From: Nitrosopumilaceae archaeon
Lineage (GTDB): Archaea; Thermoproteota; Nitrososphaeria; Nitrososphaerales; Nitrosopumilaceae
Reading direction: 5' to 3'
Assembly (NCBI GenBank): GCA_965207375.1
Contig: OZ242274.1
Location: forward strand, 2,016,001 to 2,080,000
Length of the DNA: 64,000 nt
Shown here: one piece after another, positions 9,597 to 22,448 of the stretch
Numbering within the stretch: position 1 is the stretch's first letter
Layout: each line of letters begins with the position of its first letter
Notes under the pieces: model-generated
Told to the model about the DNA's origin: nothing
What the model saw: the letters and a program-made list of their open reading frames with translations, nothing else
Databases searched by the model: none
Translations under genes and position numbers: made by a program

Positions 9597-10690
9597 GGAG
9601 AATACACCTCAGTGTATGGATGAAATGCAACCCATTCAAACCAAAAGCCTGGACTAAAGGCAAGACGAGATAGATGATGGCCCTCTAGCTTGCCAGAGAC
9701 TGCCTTGCCGTCATAATTCCATGCAGAGTCGGTTTGAATATCAACTAAAACATCATTGTCATATCTAAAGTCCAGAGTCTGATTGCCAAGATTTCGCTCA
9801 AAGGCACGGCTGTTTTCATTGTATTTTGAAATCAGCAAGACAGGAACATTAGAGATTTCATCATTTATGGCCATTATGGATTCTACATCATTTTGTTTGT
9901 ATGCCTTGAATTTATCATTGATGTGAAATCCCAAGATTATTTCCTTAGGATGCATTCTATCATCATCATTTTCAACAGGAAATATTACGCGTGAATCAGT
10001 ATAATAGTTGCCATAGGGATCAACCCCATACGAACGTAGATGACCCGTATCAGTAGTAAGGACTAGAGTGTCAGGATAAAGTACCTTCCAATCACCCCAG
10101 CTCATAACATCAAATGGTACTATCCTGAGTTGCTGCCCCGTTAATTCTCCCTTGATGGCAGTGCCTAGTGCCTGGCTCCAATAGGTTCCAGTCAATCTGT
10201 CATACATTACCAAATTACTATTGTATAATTTTCCCGAAGTTCCAAACTCTACCTCTACTCCGTCCAAAACCCTTTCAAAAACTTGGTTGGTAAAACACAG
10301 AGGGCAATAAGTAACAGATACAGGCAAACCTCCCACCACGTCATTTACAATCTCATGCCAGACTAAAATAAACAGAGGATATGCCCGAATATCACCATCA
10401 ATGTTTAGTCCAATTACCAAATCAGAGTCAGACACAAAGTCTGCATCTAGAGCAGTTGAGAATTTTGGATCATCAATTGATGGAATGCCATCAGGTGGGG
10501 GACCTCCTCCTACAATCTTGTTTAAAGGTACAAGATGTTTTTGGCCATTTGTGACTAGTATTTTCATTTCAGTGTCAGAAGATGTAGTAATTGTTTCAGA
10601 TGTGTTTTGTGTATCAAGGCCATATACAAAAAATACAGTGATTCCAACAACTAAAGTACCCGCTATTAAACCAATTATTTTTGAATTCAA
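9593..10690 (-). CDS. DUF3179 domain-containing membrane-anchored protein
   Basis: GGPPPDGIPSIDDPKF, RAYP..IL.WHEIVND, VTYCPLC, GTSGKLYNSNLVMYDR, FWFEWVAFHP. Confidence 0.9.
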   Translation of the reverse strand: MNSKIIGLIAGTLVVGITVFFVYGLDTQNTSETITTSSDTEMKILVTNGQKHLVPLNKIVGGGPPPDGIPSIDDPKFSTALDADFVSDSDLVIGLNIDGDIRAYPLFILVWHEIVNDVVGGLPVSVTYCPLCFTNQVFERVLDGVEVEFGTSGKLYNSNLVMYDRLTGTYWSQALGTAIKGELTGQQLRIVPFDVMSWGDWKVLYPDTLVLTTDTGHLRSYGVDPYGNYYTDSRVIFPVENDDDRMHPKEIILGFHINDKFKAYKQNDVESIMAINDEISNVPVLLISKYNENSRAFERNLGNQTLDFRYDNDVLVDIQTDSAWNYDGKAVSGKLEGHHLSRLAFSPGFWFEWVAFHPYTEVYSP

Positions 10691-10810
10691 ATTTGAATAA
10701 AATAATATTCCAAAATATTAAAGAATTATTCCAAGTATTTTGGCAACATAGATAGCACACAAGTATCACAGATTAAGTTGGCAAGCATAAACTCTTGATG
10801 TTTTGCCGTT

Positions 10811-13771
10811 TTATGGTACAGTAAAGAAATCAGTAACTACCAAGTCATGGTACTCAAGTTGTGCTACATGGACCCCAGAATCAAATGGAATCGACAGTGA
10901 TTCGTTAAACATTCCATCTGGACTGTCCTTGAGGGCAACAGACTCTACAAGAGTTCCTTGCTGGTTGTAAATGTCCACAAACAGGTCCTCACGAAATTCA
11001 ATTGTTTTTTGTACTGCACCTGAAATCAACAAAACATCATTATCATAGTTGGCCTCTATGACTGCAGAAGGATTCCTAGTGGGCAGATAGCGCTCAATTA
11101 AGCGCTCCAAATCAGCCAATCCATCGCTTACAACATTGACATTTCTATTTATCAGACCTGATTTTATTTCAGATATTGTAGATATAAAGAGGGGATTAGA
11201 TTCATAATTGCCGCTGCCAAATGTTTCCATAAAGTTTTGCAGTTCCTCGAATTGGCGTGCAAACTCTACTGAATCAAGATCTGCACTGCGTGACTGGTAA
11301 ATTTCTGTGTCGGCAATATGGGCAATCTGTGATGCCCGAGCGTCTTGATATTGCAACATTACAGTATAAAGACCCGGAGCAGTGGGGGCAATCCACTGTG
11401 TAAAGAAATCACCCTGACGGGTATCAGTAAATTCTAAGAAACTGTGTTTGTCACCACCGATGTCGTAAATTGTAACATAAAGATTCTCACGCCTATCGTG
11501 TACTGATTTGTCAACTGCACCCTGTAATGTCCAAATGTCGCGTTCTGAGTCATATGATATGTCAAATATGATTTTTGGATTTTTCAATGGTAGATGGTCT
11601 GCTAGATATTTGCCTATCTCCTTGATTTTTTTGTCTGCATCTATGAAATTTCCATATTCGATTAATTCGTATGCATCATCTACCAGAGAATTATAACCCT
11701 GTGCATGTTGTGCAAAGTCAGAATTGTAAAATGCAGAAACTGCCTCCGAATACACCTCAAGCTGCTCCCTGTACTTTATCCTCTGTAGCTCATCCAAAGA
11801 GTATCCCGTATCAGAACCATTAGGATCATCAGCATATGCTCCTGAAACAGTCTTCCATTCTGAAAATAGTTCTCGAACCAGCGAATCTGCAGAATCTAGA
11901 TCGTTTTGCATGACTAGGTGACGAACCCTGTCTAATCTCTGATTTACAGAATCTGTAAAGTCGACAAATCCTGGCAGGAATTTGTTCTTTCTTAGACTCA
12001 ATTCGGCAAGATTTTCTATGGATTTTGCACGTTGCAAGATATCACTTGCCTTTGCCTCATAGGATTTGCTTGCATTGCTTTGAAGATCATTGCGAATTGA
12101 AGGCGCGATTTGACTAGCCCATGTAAGTAACACCTCTACCCTGTCAATTTTAGAAAAAGTCTGTATCCCATCTTTGATTTGCTCAGCAGAGTGAATTGCC
12201 CTCAAGGCCTGATTAATCAGGATCAAATTTTTGTAATCTGCTTGTATCTCGGCCTTTTGTTTTAACTGTTCATATTCAAATTTTAAAGAATCTAGGGGGT
12301 TTCTCTTGTCTCTTAATTCTGTAATACTGTTATCAAATGCAGTAACTATATCTAAAATATCATCAAGTGAATCTGCATTTTTGACATTTGCAAGTAAAGA
12401 TTTCCAATTGTCTACATATGTGGTATCAATGCCAATAGTTTGAGCAATCTCAACTGATTTTGATATTCTAGAGGATATATCTGAAACGTTTTTCATACTT
12501 GCAATTTCAGATTCGGATGCAAGTATGTCATCAACTGAAGTAGCAAGTTCTAAACGCAATACAAGAGAATCCCATTTAGGTTTTAAGATATTTGCCAGAT
12601 CAGAATTTTCCTGTTTATCAGAAGAGATGAATCTATCAACGCCGTTTAGATTGTGTAAAAGTAATGCTGCTGCATGCAACTTGCCAACTGTGTTACCTTG
12701 TGCAAGCAAGTCAGAGATATTTTCGTTAGTACGTAACGAGTCACGTGTCGAATTCCAATCAGAACTTACCAGCCTGTACAACGGAGTATCCTTTCTAGAT
12801 ACAACATCAAGATATCTTGATTTTGAAAGTATGTCTACTAGGTCAGAAATATCATCAGAATGCAAAGGAGCTGTGCCTCTAGACAGGATAAATGCAATCT
12901 CTTCTTTTACTTGGGAGCTCATTACAGTGTCGGTTTTTTTCATTAAATTAAGCAAGGTATCTTCAAGTTCAGAAAACGACAGTTGTCTTGTAGTTTTGAT
13001 CGGATCAATGTTTTTTAGATCTTCAAATGCATCATTGATGATAGTTACTGCCTTGTTTGTATTTCCAATCTCATAATGAAATATTGCAGAATAAATCAGG
13101 CCGTTAATTTGTTTGGACATATCACTGTTGATTTGTCCAGAATCTAGTAGGCTTTTAGTAGAATCAATTGCAGAGGAGATTATAGGTCTAAACATTGGAT
13201 TTACATCAAAGATAGAATCATCAACGATAAATTGCGCCCATAGATCCACATAAAGTGACTCCAAATCAGGCAGGCTTGTAGCAGAAGCTAGTCGTGAGGA
13301 ATACTCGTCAAGGTTCAGACTTGATCTGTTTTGAATGGATTGAATTTTTGCGCCAGCCAAAGCAGATGCAGTATCAAACATGGTAGAATTGTCAAGAGAT
13401 GCAAAGGTTTGTCCAGATACTGTAAAGAGGGAACTTTTGGCGTGATCACCGTAGAACAGTCTTAAATTATAATTACCTTCAATGCCACAGATATTTCCAG
13501 ACAACGGAGTGGGATCTGTAATAAAGACACCGTTAGAAAGCGGGGTAATTTGCTGGATTTGGCACAGATCACCACGAGGATTTGAAATCTGCATTATCAA
13601 AAACGCATCAGGAGTCACATTTGCTACTTGTCCAAATACAAAAAGTATCTGTCCTTTTTGATACGTACCCAAGTTATCCAAAATTGTGATTCGATCAGGA
13701 CTTTGAGAAAATGCATGTGCAGGAACAAGTAAAATTACAAACAATACCATAACTACAAACAATCTGACCAT
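10811..13771 (-). CDS. Large exported hypothetical protein (Ig-like and helical regions)
   Basis: Signal peptide, 986-aa ORF, repeated LQGAVDK/ISGAVQK...LYV.IY beta domains. Confidence 0.85.
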   Translation of the reverse strand: MVRLFVVMVLFVILLVPAHAFSQSPDRITILDNLGTYQKGQILFVFGQVANVTPDAFLIMQISNPRGDLCQIQQITPLSNGVFITDPTPLSGNICGIEGNYNLRLFYGDHAKSSLFTVSGQTFASLDNSTMFDTASALAGAKIQSIQNRSSLNLDEYSSRLASATSLPDLESLYVDLWAQFIVDDSIFDVNPMFRPIISSAIDSTKSLLDSGQINSDMSKQINGLIYSAIFHYEIGNTNKAVTIINDAFEDLKNIDPIKTTRQLSFSELEDTLLNLMKKTDTVMSSQVKEEIAFILSRGTAPLHSDDISDLVDILSKSRYLDVVSRKDTPLYRLVSSDWNSTRDSLRTNENISDLLAQGNTVGKLHAAALLLHNLNGVDRFISSDKQENSDLANILKPKWDSLVLRLELATSVDDILASESEIASMKNVSDISSRISKSVEIAQTIGIDTTYVDNWKSLLANVKNADSLDDILDIVTAFDNSITELRDKRNPLDSLKFEYEQLKQKAEIQADYKNLILINQALRAIHSAEQIKDGIQTFSKIDRVEVLLTWASQIAPSIRNDLQSNASKSYEAKASDILQRAKSIENLAELSLRKNKFLPGFVDFTDSVNQRLDRVRHLVMQNDLDSADSLVRELFSEWKTVSGAYADDPNGSDTGYSLDELQRIKYREQLEVYSEAVSAFYNSDFAQHAQGYNSLVDDAYELIEYGNFIDADKKIKEIGKYLADHLPLKNPKIIFDISYDSERDIWTLQGAVDKSVHDRRENLYVTIYDIGGDKHSFLEFTDTRQGDFFTQWIAPTAPGLYTVMLQYQDARASQIAHIADTEIYQSRSADLDSVEFARQFEELQNFMETFGSGNYESNPLFISTISEIKSGLINRNVNVVSDGLADLERLIERYLPTRNPSAVIEANYDNDVLLISGAVQKTIEFREDLFVDIYNQQGTLVESVALKDSPDGMFNESLSIPFDSGVHVAQLEYHDLVVTDFFTVP

Positions 13772-13902
13772 AGAAAATCATGAACAAAGTATCTTACTTA
13801 AAACTTCGGCACTAAAAATTGTCTGATTTGCAAAGTCATCACGGAAATTCTAAATCATATATAATGATCACATTGAAATTGAGTTGAAAAGCTGGTAAAT
13901 GT

Positions 13903-14532
13903 ATGGATTCAGTTGAAAAAAATTTTGACAGATGGGCGCACAATGGAAGAGCAGAGCTTATGGAAAGAGAGCACGGCAGGCCTGTAAAAAAATTTTTAGA
14001 AAAGGCAGATTTTGGAAAGTCGTTTACGTTTTTAGATATTGGATGTGGAAACGGATGGGTCGTAAGGGCCGTTGCCAGCTTTAATAATTGCAAAAAAGCC
14101 ACAGGCATAGATAAAAGTAAAAAAATGATCAAAAACGCCGCTCAAAAAAGAAACTCTACAAAAGAGGATTATATCACAGCAGATATAGAAGAATGGAACA
14201 CTGCAAAAAGATTTGATCGTATTTTTTCAATGGAGACAATATACTATACAAAATCTCCACAAAAAGCATTAAAAAATATTTTCAAACTGCTAAAGCCAGG
14301 AGGGATGTTTTTTTGTGGAACAGACTTTTATGCAGAGAACAAGGCAACTGCAAACTGGTCTGAAAAAATGAATCTCAACATGCACCTGTTATCAAAAAAA
14401 CAATGGAAGTCTTTGTTTGAGGATACAAGATTTGAAACCAAAACCATGATGATCAAAGACAAGACAGATCGTAAAAAATGGAAGCAAGAGCTTGGAACAT
14501 TATTTATCATAGGCACAAAACCGTCAAGATAA
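13903..14532 (+). CDS. Class I SAM-dependent methyltransferase
   Basis: FLDIGCGNG, GIDKS, LLKPGG motifs. Confidence 0.92.
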   Translation: MDSVEKNFDRWAHNGRAELMEREHGRPVKKFLEKADFGKSFTFLDIGCGNGWVVRAVASFNNCKKATGIDKSKKMIKNAAQKRNSTKEDYITADIEEWNTAKRFDRIFSMETIYYTKSPQKALKNIFKLLKPGGMFFCGTDFYAENKATANWSEKMNLNMHLLSKKQWKSLFEDTRFETKTMMIKDKTDRKKWKQELGTLFIIGTKPSR

Positions 14533-14561
14533 TTTCAAATAGACGGAACATGTAAAGAAAC

Positions 14562-14854
14562 ATCAAGCGAGCTGGAGCACGACACGCTGCTACGGCAGAG
14601 GAAACTCCTCCCTCCCTACAGGAAATGTGATCTGGAGATAGATAATCAGAGATGGTTGGAAACAGAACAGAAAAACAATCCCTGCCGAAATTACAGTGAT
14701 GGTGAAAAACCTGAGATGTTCGGCGAAGGAATGAAAGAGCTGGCCCACATGGAGCAAGGCCAAATAGAACCTTACGTGCCTGTACCGGGTTCAGGTAGGC
14801 TGCAAAGCTAAATATCGTGAAAACAAAAGGAGGGTTACTCCCAGCACGCTTGAT
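14562..14854 (+). ncRNA. rnpB: RNase P RNA (archaeal)
   Basis: GAGGAAACTCC, ACAGAAA, TGAAA, GAGCAAG and ACAAAAGGAGGGTTA conserved regions; terminal helix atcaagcg.gctgg / ccagc.cgcttgat. Confidence 0.93.
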
Positions 14855-14867
14855 ACATTACGATAAT

Positions 14868-14958
14868 GTATCTGTTAACGTTGTTTTGAATTTATGGTTT
14901 AGATATGAAGTTACTTTGAAAAGATAGAATAAAAATTCAGGGCAGACGTTGACACTTG
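14868..14958 (+). mobile_element. MITE-like repeat, solo copy D
   Basis: gtatctgttaacgttgttttgaattt...aaaagatagaataaaaattcagg...gacgttgacactt; homologous to the copies at 32189, 32584 and 33853. Confidence 0.8.
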
Positions 14959-14982
14959 ATAACTAGAGGTATAATGAAAATT

Positions 14983-16353
14983 TTAAAATGATTGAACGTG
15001 TTCTTTGCATACAGATGAAATGCATAAACAGTCTGCATCGCACAAACAAGAACTTTGCATCTGGCAGTCACACTCGTTTCCCATATCAGCTGATGCTGCA
15101 CATCCACATGCTGCCTCAGATACAGGAGCCGTAGGAGGACTCGTCTGAGTTTGCTGGTTTGCAGCATCATCATAAACATTGCGTGTCTGCTGGTATGATA
15201 AATCGTCTCGCAGTTGTGCTTCACCGCGGTTGGTCTTGTAGCCGCCAGAGCTTGCACTTGTTGAATAGCCTACTAGTCTTGACGGGTCAATTCCGGACTG
15301 TCCCTGACCACTTGTCTTCTTTGTCTGTCTGCTGCTATACACAAAAAATGCGACACCGCCAACTGCTGCCATTCCTGCCATGCCATACATGATAGTTACT
15401 GAAAAGTCGCCAGTATTTGGAGTAGTATAATTATCAGGAGGAGTTGACCGTACGCCAAGAATTTCAATTCCATCTAGGACATCTAATTGTGAGAATCCAA
15501 TTACATGCACATTTGCGTTATCTGCAGATTGTACCGTTCTAATTTCATATGTTTTATCAGCGGCAAATGTTGCATCAAATTCTCTTTCAATTTGAATGCC
15601 TTCCCTGAGGCTACTCTCACCCATTGTATAACTTGAAATTACAAATCCAGATATTTCATCACTTAGGCCAAATTGGGAAGCATCGACATTGATTCCGGTA
15701 GGATCAAACAAAAAGTGCCAGTTTGTCAATGGTTGATCTCTGATAAAGTCAGCATTTATGAGATTTACCTTGAGCAAATCTTCTGCCTCTGAGCCTTCAA
15801 TTAATGATGCAAGTGCCGGATCTTGTGACGCTATAGCAGAAAATGGATAATTTATCTCAACGCCATCTATTTCAATTGGATCCTGAATGCTAAGAGCTCT
15901 CCAACCCATGTCAATTAATGCAGGATTTTGTCCATCACTTGCACGAATAGTATATGCACCTATATCACCTGTGATCAATACCTGATAGTCTACTGCAGCA
16001 CTTAGTGGATTCCCCCTGAAATTGGCAAAATATTCAACATTGAGATTCGAAACGCTTGCCTGACTGCCATCTGCCCAAATGTTTTGGTTTAATGCGTCAG
16101 CTACTGCCTGGGAATCAAGAGTTTCTGGAGCAGCACTAGCAGATACAGACCAACTAGTACCACGTAGTGAATCTGCCACTTGTCCACCTTCCAAATATTC
16201 AATGAAAATTGTTTTTTGATATCTGATTTTAAATTCTGATGATTTCTCGTCTGGATTGATACTAGTTTCTAATTGTGCTGCATTTGCAGTAGAAATAGTA
16301 CCAAAAACAAGAATTGAGGCAACTAAAACTGAGAGTAAAATGACTCTTTGCAC
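14983..16353 (-). CDS. Exported single-pass membrane protein with Cys-rich cytoplasmic tail
   Basis: Likely start GTG 16353 (MQRVILLSVLVASILVFG signal peptide), which avoids overlap with cofD. C-terminal TM helix, then a CxC-rich tail. Confidence 0.8.
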   Translation of the reverse strand: MQRVILLSVLVASILVFGTISTANAAQLETSINPDEKSSEFKIRYQKTIFIEYLEGGQVADSLRGTSWSVSASAAPETLDSQAVADALNQNIWADGSQASVSNLNVEYFANFRGNPLSAAVDYQVLITGDIGAYTIRASDGQNPALIDMGWRALSIQDPIEIDGVEINYPFSAIASQDPALASLIEGSEAEDLLKVNLINADFIRDQPLTNWHFLFDPTGINVDASQFGLSDEISGFVISSYTMGESSLREGIQIEREFDATFAADKTYEIRTVQSADNANVHVIGFSQLDVLDGIEILGVRSTPPDNYTTPNTGDFSVTIMYGMAGMAAVGGVAFFVYSSRQTKKTSGQGQSGIDPSRLVGYSTSASSGGYKTNRGEAQLRDDLSYQQTRNVYDDAANQQTQTSPPTAPVSEAACGCAASADMGNECDCQMQSSCLCDADCLCISSVCKEHVQSF

Positions 16354-16465
16354 GCAAATTTTGATAAATATCTTACATATTAAACTTATCTTCAAAACCC
16401 AAGGATCGATCAGATTTTGAAAAAGTAATATTGAGCGATATAGCCCAATAATGTGTTCTAGAGAA

Positions 16466-17386
16466 ATGATTACAGTACTTTCAGGCGGCACAGGCTCAGT
16501 AAAACTAGTCAGAGGGTTTGCCGCACAGGATAGCAATGTAAACGTAATAAGTAACGTAGGCGACAATTATTGGCTTTACGGCATGTATGTGTGTCCAGAT
16601 ATCGATACTGTGATTTACGGCTTGGCAGATCTTTTAGACCAAGACAAGGGATGGGGAATCAAAAAAGACACCTTTAACTTTTTGAGACAGATGGAGGTAT
16701 TTGGAGAAGAGGCATGGTTCAGAATAGGAGACCGAGATGCTGCAACACACCTGATTAGAACCAATATGCTAAAAAACGGAAAAAACCTAAGCGACATTAC
16801 AAAATGGATGTGTAAGAAATTTGCAATTAATACAAAGATCATACCAGTTACTGACAATACAATTGAAACTCGAATAACTACAAACAAGGGAGAGTTACAC
16901 CTTCAAGAGTATTGGGTAAAATACAGAGGGATGGATAAAGTTGAAGGCATACAGTATATAGGAGCTGACAAGGCAAGGCCTAATCCAGAGGCAGTCAATG
17001 CCATTCAAGATTCCCAGCTAGTAGTTTTAGCTCCGGGCAATCCATTGACAAGCATTGGACCCATGCTACAAATTAAAGGGATAAGAAAGGAATTATCAAA
17101 ACGAAAAAAGAAGGTGGTTGCAGTTAGTCCGCTAATCGGAGACAAGGCAATCAGCGGTCCTGCAGCAAAATACATGCAGGCAGCAGGCATAGAAGCAAAT
17201 GCATACGGTGTAGCAAAAATGTATTCTGATGTTTGTTCAAACATAATTATTGATTCAAAGGACAAGGCACTTTCAAAAAAGATCCAAAACCTTGACATGA
17301 AGGTGTTTGAGACAAAAATTACAATGAAGACAAAACAGGCAGAGGACGTACTTGCCTCGTTCATTCTAAAACAAGTTCACGTTTAA
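16466..17386 (+). CDS. cofD: 2-phospho-L-lactate transferase (F420 biosynthesis)
   Basis: MITVLSGGTG, CPDIDT, WFRIGDRD, HLQEYWV, VAVSP..G..AISGPA. Confidence 0.95.
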   Translation: MITVLSGGTGSVKLVRGFAAQDSNVNVISNVGDNYWLYGMYVCPDIDTVIYGLADLLDQDKGWGIKKDTFNFLRQMEVFGEEAWFRIGDRDAATHLIRTNMLKNGKNLSDITKWMCKKFAINTKIIPVTDNTIETRITTNKGELHLQEYWVKYRGMDKVEGIQYIGADKARPNPEAVNAIQDSQLVVLAPGNPLTSIGPMLQIKGIRKELSKRKKKVVAVSPLIGDKAISGPAAKYMQAAGIEANAYGVAKMYSDVCSNIIIDSKDKALSKKIQNLDMKVFETKITMKTKQAEDVLASFILKQVHV

Positions 17387-17387
17387 T

Positions 17388-18029
17388 TTGTTAAAAACGG
17401 CTGTAATCATACCAGTAAAGACATTTTCTAGGGCAAAATCACGCCTAGATTTGCCAAGTAACATCAAAGGCATGCTGTGTAAGATGATGTTTGAAGAGTT
17501 GTTGCACACAGTTGCAACTAGTGTGCAAATTGCAGACATTATAATTGTGACAAAGGATAAAACAGCAATTAGCATATCAGAAAAATTCAATGCTGCAATA
17601 ATACATGATGAAAAAGAGGAAGGTGTCAATCAAGCAGTGGCACTAGCAGACGATTATGTTAAAAAAAACAACATCGGGGCAACCATAGTACTGCCACAAG
17701 ACATCCCGTTTATAAAAACACAAGATATTGATTTTTTATTAAAAATTCAAATTCCTCCCAATTTCGTTACAATCGTGCCATCAAGAAAATTTGATGGGAC
17801 AAATGCGTTACTTAGAATGCCGCATGACATAATGGAGACATCATATGATCAGGACAGTTACCGTGCCCACATAAATACTGCAAAAAAACATACGCGTAAT
17901 TCATCTATATTATTTGTCAGGAGGATGATGACAGATATTGATGATACTGAGGACATAAAATATGCTTTGGAGCAAAATGAAAAGCCTTGGTTTTGTGATA
18001 AGATCAGGGCGCTTTTGAATCAGGAATAG
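17388..18029 (+). CDS. cofC: 2-phospho-L-lactate guanylyltransferase (F420 biosynthesis)
   Basis: IIPVKTFSRAKSRL, DGTNAL, DIDDTED; adjacent to cofD. Confidence 0.93.
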   Translation: MLKTAVIIPVKTFSRAKSRLDLPSNIKGMLCKMMFEELLHTVATSVQIADIIIVTKDKTAISISEKFNAAIIHDEKEEGVNQAVALADDYVKKNNIGATIVLPQDIPFIKTQDIDFLLKIQIPPNFVTIVPSRKFDGTNALLRMPHDIMETSYDQDSYRAHINTAKKHTRNSSILFVRRMMTDIDDTEDIKYALEQNEKPWFCDKIRALLNQE

Positions 18030-18195
18030 TCAGAATCTTACAGGTATGCTAACATTTGATAGTTTCATGTCCTCCCCCTGCGGCGGCAGTTCAAGCTTTT
18101 GGCAAGACTCAGTTTTGTCTGATTCAGGTGAAGGTGGTAACCTAGATGAATTTTCAAAATACATAGGGCAATGAATTTGTCTGGGAAAAATGACA

Positions 18196-19188
18196 TTATG
18201 ATATTTGTAGTTTGTTTGTCTGTTTTGATATAAGATAGTTAGTTATCATAAAGGCCAATGATACAGCACCAGATACCAAAAAGAGCAGTTCCAGTGTGCC
18301 CAACAACGAATGAGAAAATGCATCCTCAACGGAAATATCATGAAGATGGGACACAAAATACACATATGAAAAGATAAAGTAGTTTGTAGCCCAATGCAAA
18401 AGAATGGCTGCAAGCAGTCCATGACGATAGTATACCCACCCCAAGATTATGCCTGACAGAGTTGCCTGTGCGAATTTGCCTCCGCTCCAAGATTCTCCTA
18501 AAAATACATGGGCAATACCAAATAAAATACCAACTAAAACAACAAGGATGAAAACACGGCGCAGATCAGGGACATCTAAATTCAAAAACGGATGCCAAAG
18601 TGACTTTAAGAAACTAGTCCAAGAGGCTCTACGATAAAACATTGCAAACAGTGGTAGTCCTATTAGCAGTACGCGAAATCCAATCTCTTCAGTCAAAGGA
18701 GCCAAACTAGCTGAGAAAAATTGAATTAAATCATTATTAAATTCAGGAGGAGTAGTATGTATTTCAAATTCTTGCTGAACAAAATCGATTGCTGCAGATA
18801 ATAAAACCAAAATTGCAAACCATTTGATCACAGAAACCAGATAATTTGATGAATCATCTGCTCCAAATGTCAGAATTGGTGTTAGTGCTTTAATGAAATT
18901 ATCTTTGGGACCAAACATTGCAATCGCAAATAAAATTGCAAAAATTGCCCAAATGACAACAAATGCATCACCTAAATCTAACTGAATTGGTAGATATTGT
19001 GAAAAAGATTTGAAAATAGTATCTACATATTCTAGTGGATATTGATGAGTTATTTCATTTCCAATATCGGAATTAAAAACAACGTATGCACCAATAGGAA
19101 ATGAAATTAGCATCATGCCAAAAATAATGGACAATAGTGCAGAATATGGAATTCCAAGACCCTGAAGTACTTTGTTAGTTTCTTGCAA
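18196..19188 (-). CDS. CPBP (CAAX protease-like) intramembrane metalloprotease
   Basis: APLTEEIGFR, LFGIAH, LLHWATN. Confidence 0.9.
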   Translation of the reverse strand: MQETNKVLQGLGIPYSALLSIIFGMMLISFPIGAYVVFNSDIGNEITHQYPLEYVDTIFKSFSQYLPIQLDLGDAFVVIWAIFAILFAIAMFGPKDNFIKALTPILTFGADDSSNYLVSVIKWFAILVLLSAAIDFVQQEFEIHTTPPEFNNDLIQFFSASLAPLTEEIGFRVLLIGLPLFAMFYRRASWTSFLKSLWHPFLNLDVPDLRRVFILVVLVGILFGIAHVFLGESWSGGKFAQATLSGIILGWVYYRHGLLAAILLHWATNYFIFSYVYFVSHLHDISVEDAFSHSLLGTLELLFLVSGAVSLAFMITNYLISKQTNKLQIS

Positions 19189-19195
19189 TTTGTGT

Positions 19196-19504
19196 CTAGT
19201 GTAACTCTATAGTAGACTCTGAAAATCCTAAATCAACAAGGGTGTCCTTAATGGTGTCCCGGTGATCACCTTGCAAGAAAATGTAGCCTTCTTTGGCAGT
19301 ACCTCCACACGCATACTTGTTTTTCAAATCTTTTGCCACACGTTCCAAATCATTGAGTTTAGGATCAAGTCCTTCGATCATTGTACCCTTTTTTTTAAAA
19401 CGCCTAGTCTCCAAACGTATGATAATCTTAACGCTGTCTTTGGCCAAATCGCCGCATGCACACAGATCTTCAGGAAGGCCACAAGTATTACAAATAACTG
19501 CCAT
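19196..19504 (-). CDS. sui1: Translation initiation factor SUI1 (aIF1)
   Basis: CGLPEDLCAC, LKNKYACGGT.K, LQGDHR. Confidence 0.93.
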   Translation of the reverse strand: MAVICNTCGLPEDLCACGDLAKDSVKIIIRLETRRFKKKGTMIEGLDPKLNDLERVAKDLKNKYACGGTAKEGYIFLQGDHRDTIKDTLVDLGFSESTIELH

Positions 19505-19734
19505 TCGTTCGTTACAATTCATTATAACATACTATTAACCTTTTAGAATTGCCATGGCTGTGTTTTGTCCAAAAAGTGGTTTCATGGCTGTGAGGTAATG
19601 GTCAAAAATCTACCCATCTATCTAGGCAAAATCACGCACAATAGGTACCAGGATATAGGCGCATAGCCCAATTACACAGCAGCTCGGATTGTACCACTCA
19701 TGATCAAGGGTGCATAGCCCACACCTGTGCAAGA

Positions 19735-19775
19735 GTCGATCCACTAGTACGGCGCCTGGGTGGTTATCATGTGTT
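19735..19775. repeat. Dispersed repeat, copy 2
   Basis: gtcgatccactagtacggcgcctgggtggttatcatgtgtt; see 4903-4946. Confidence 0.8.
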
Positions 19776-19931
19776 AATTAATCAATTAGATCAACTTGAA
19801 TTTTATGACAGTGAATTGAGTTAGCCGATCATTGTCTAATCTGTGAATTTTCACCACTTACAAGTTAGAGTCAATTTGCAGGCAAAAACATCATTAATTT
19901 GAAATCAAATGATTTCACAGTACTAGTTAGA

Positions 19932-22283
<2,352 letters not shown>

Positions 22284-22448
22284 TTTCCTAACTTTATGGG
22301 ATTATCAACATATATGTAAGTGTTAAACCATGCCTAGAATTTTACTCTATTCTTTAAAAACAACACAAATTTGTGCCTAAAATCAGGACATCTTTTGCTT
22401 TACAATCTAGTGCCAAATACTAATTTTGGGCAAAAATTAACAAAATAC

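Noticed and set aside
16354-16566. N-terminal extension of ORF 14983..16566
   Set aside because: Overlaps cofD on the opposite strand; the signal peptide begins at GTG 16353.
18030-18196. Short minus-strand ORFs or structured RNA between cofC and the CPBP gene
   Set aside because: Two competing ~44-codon frames, no recognisable motif or fold.
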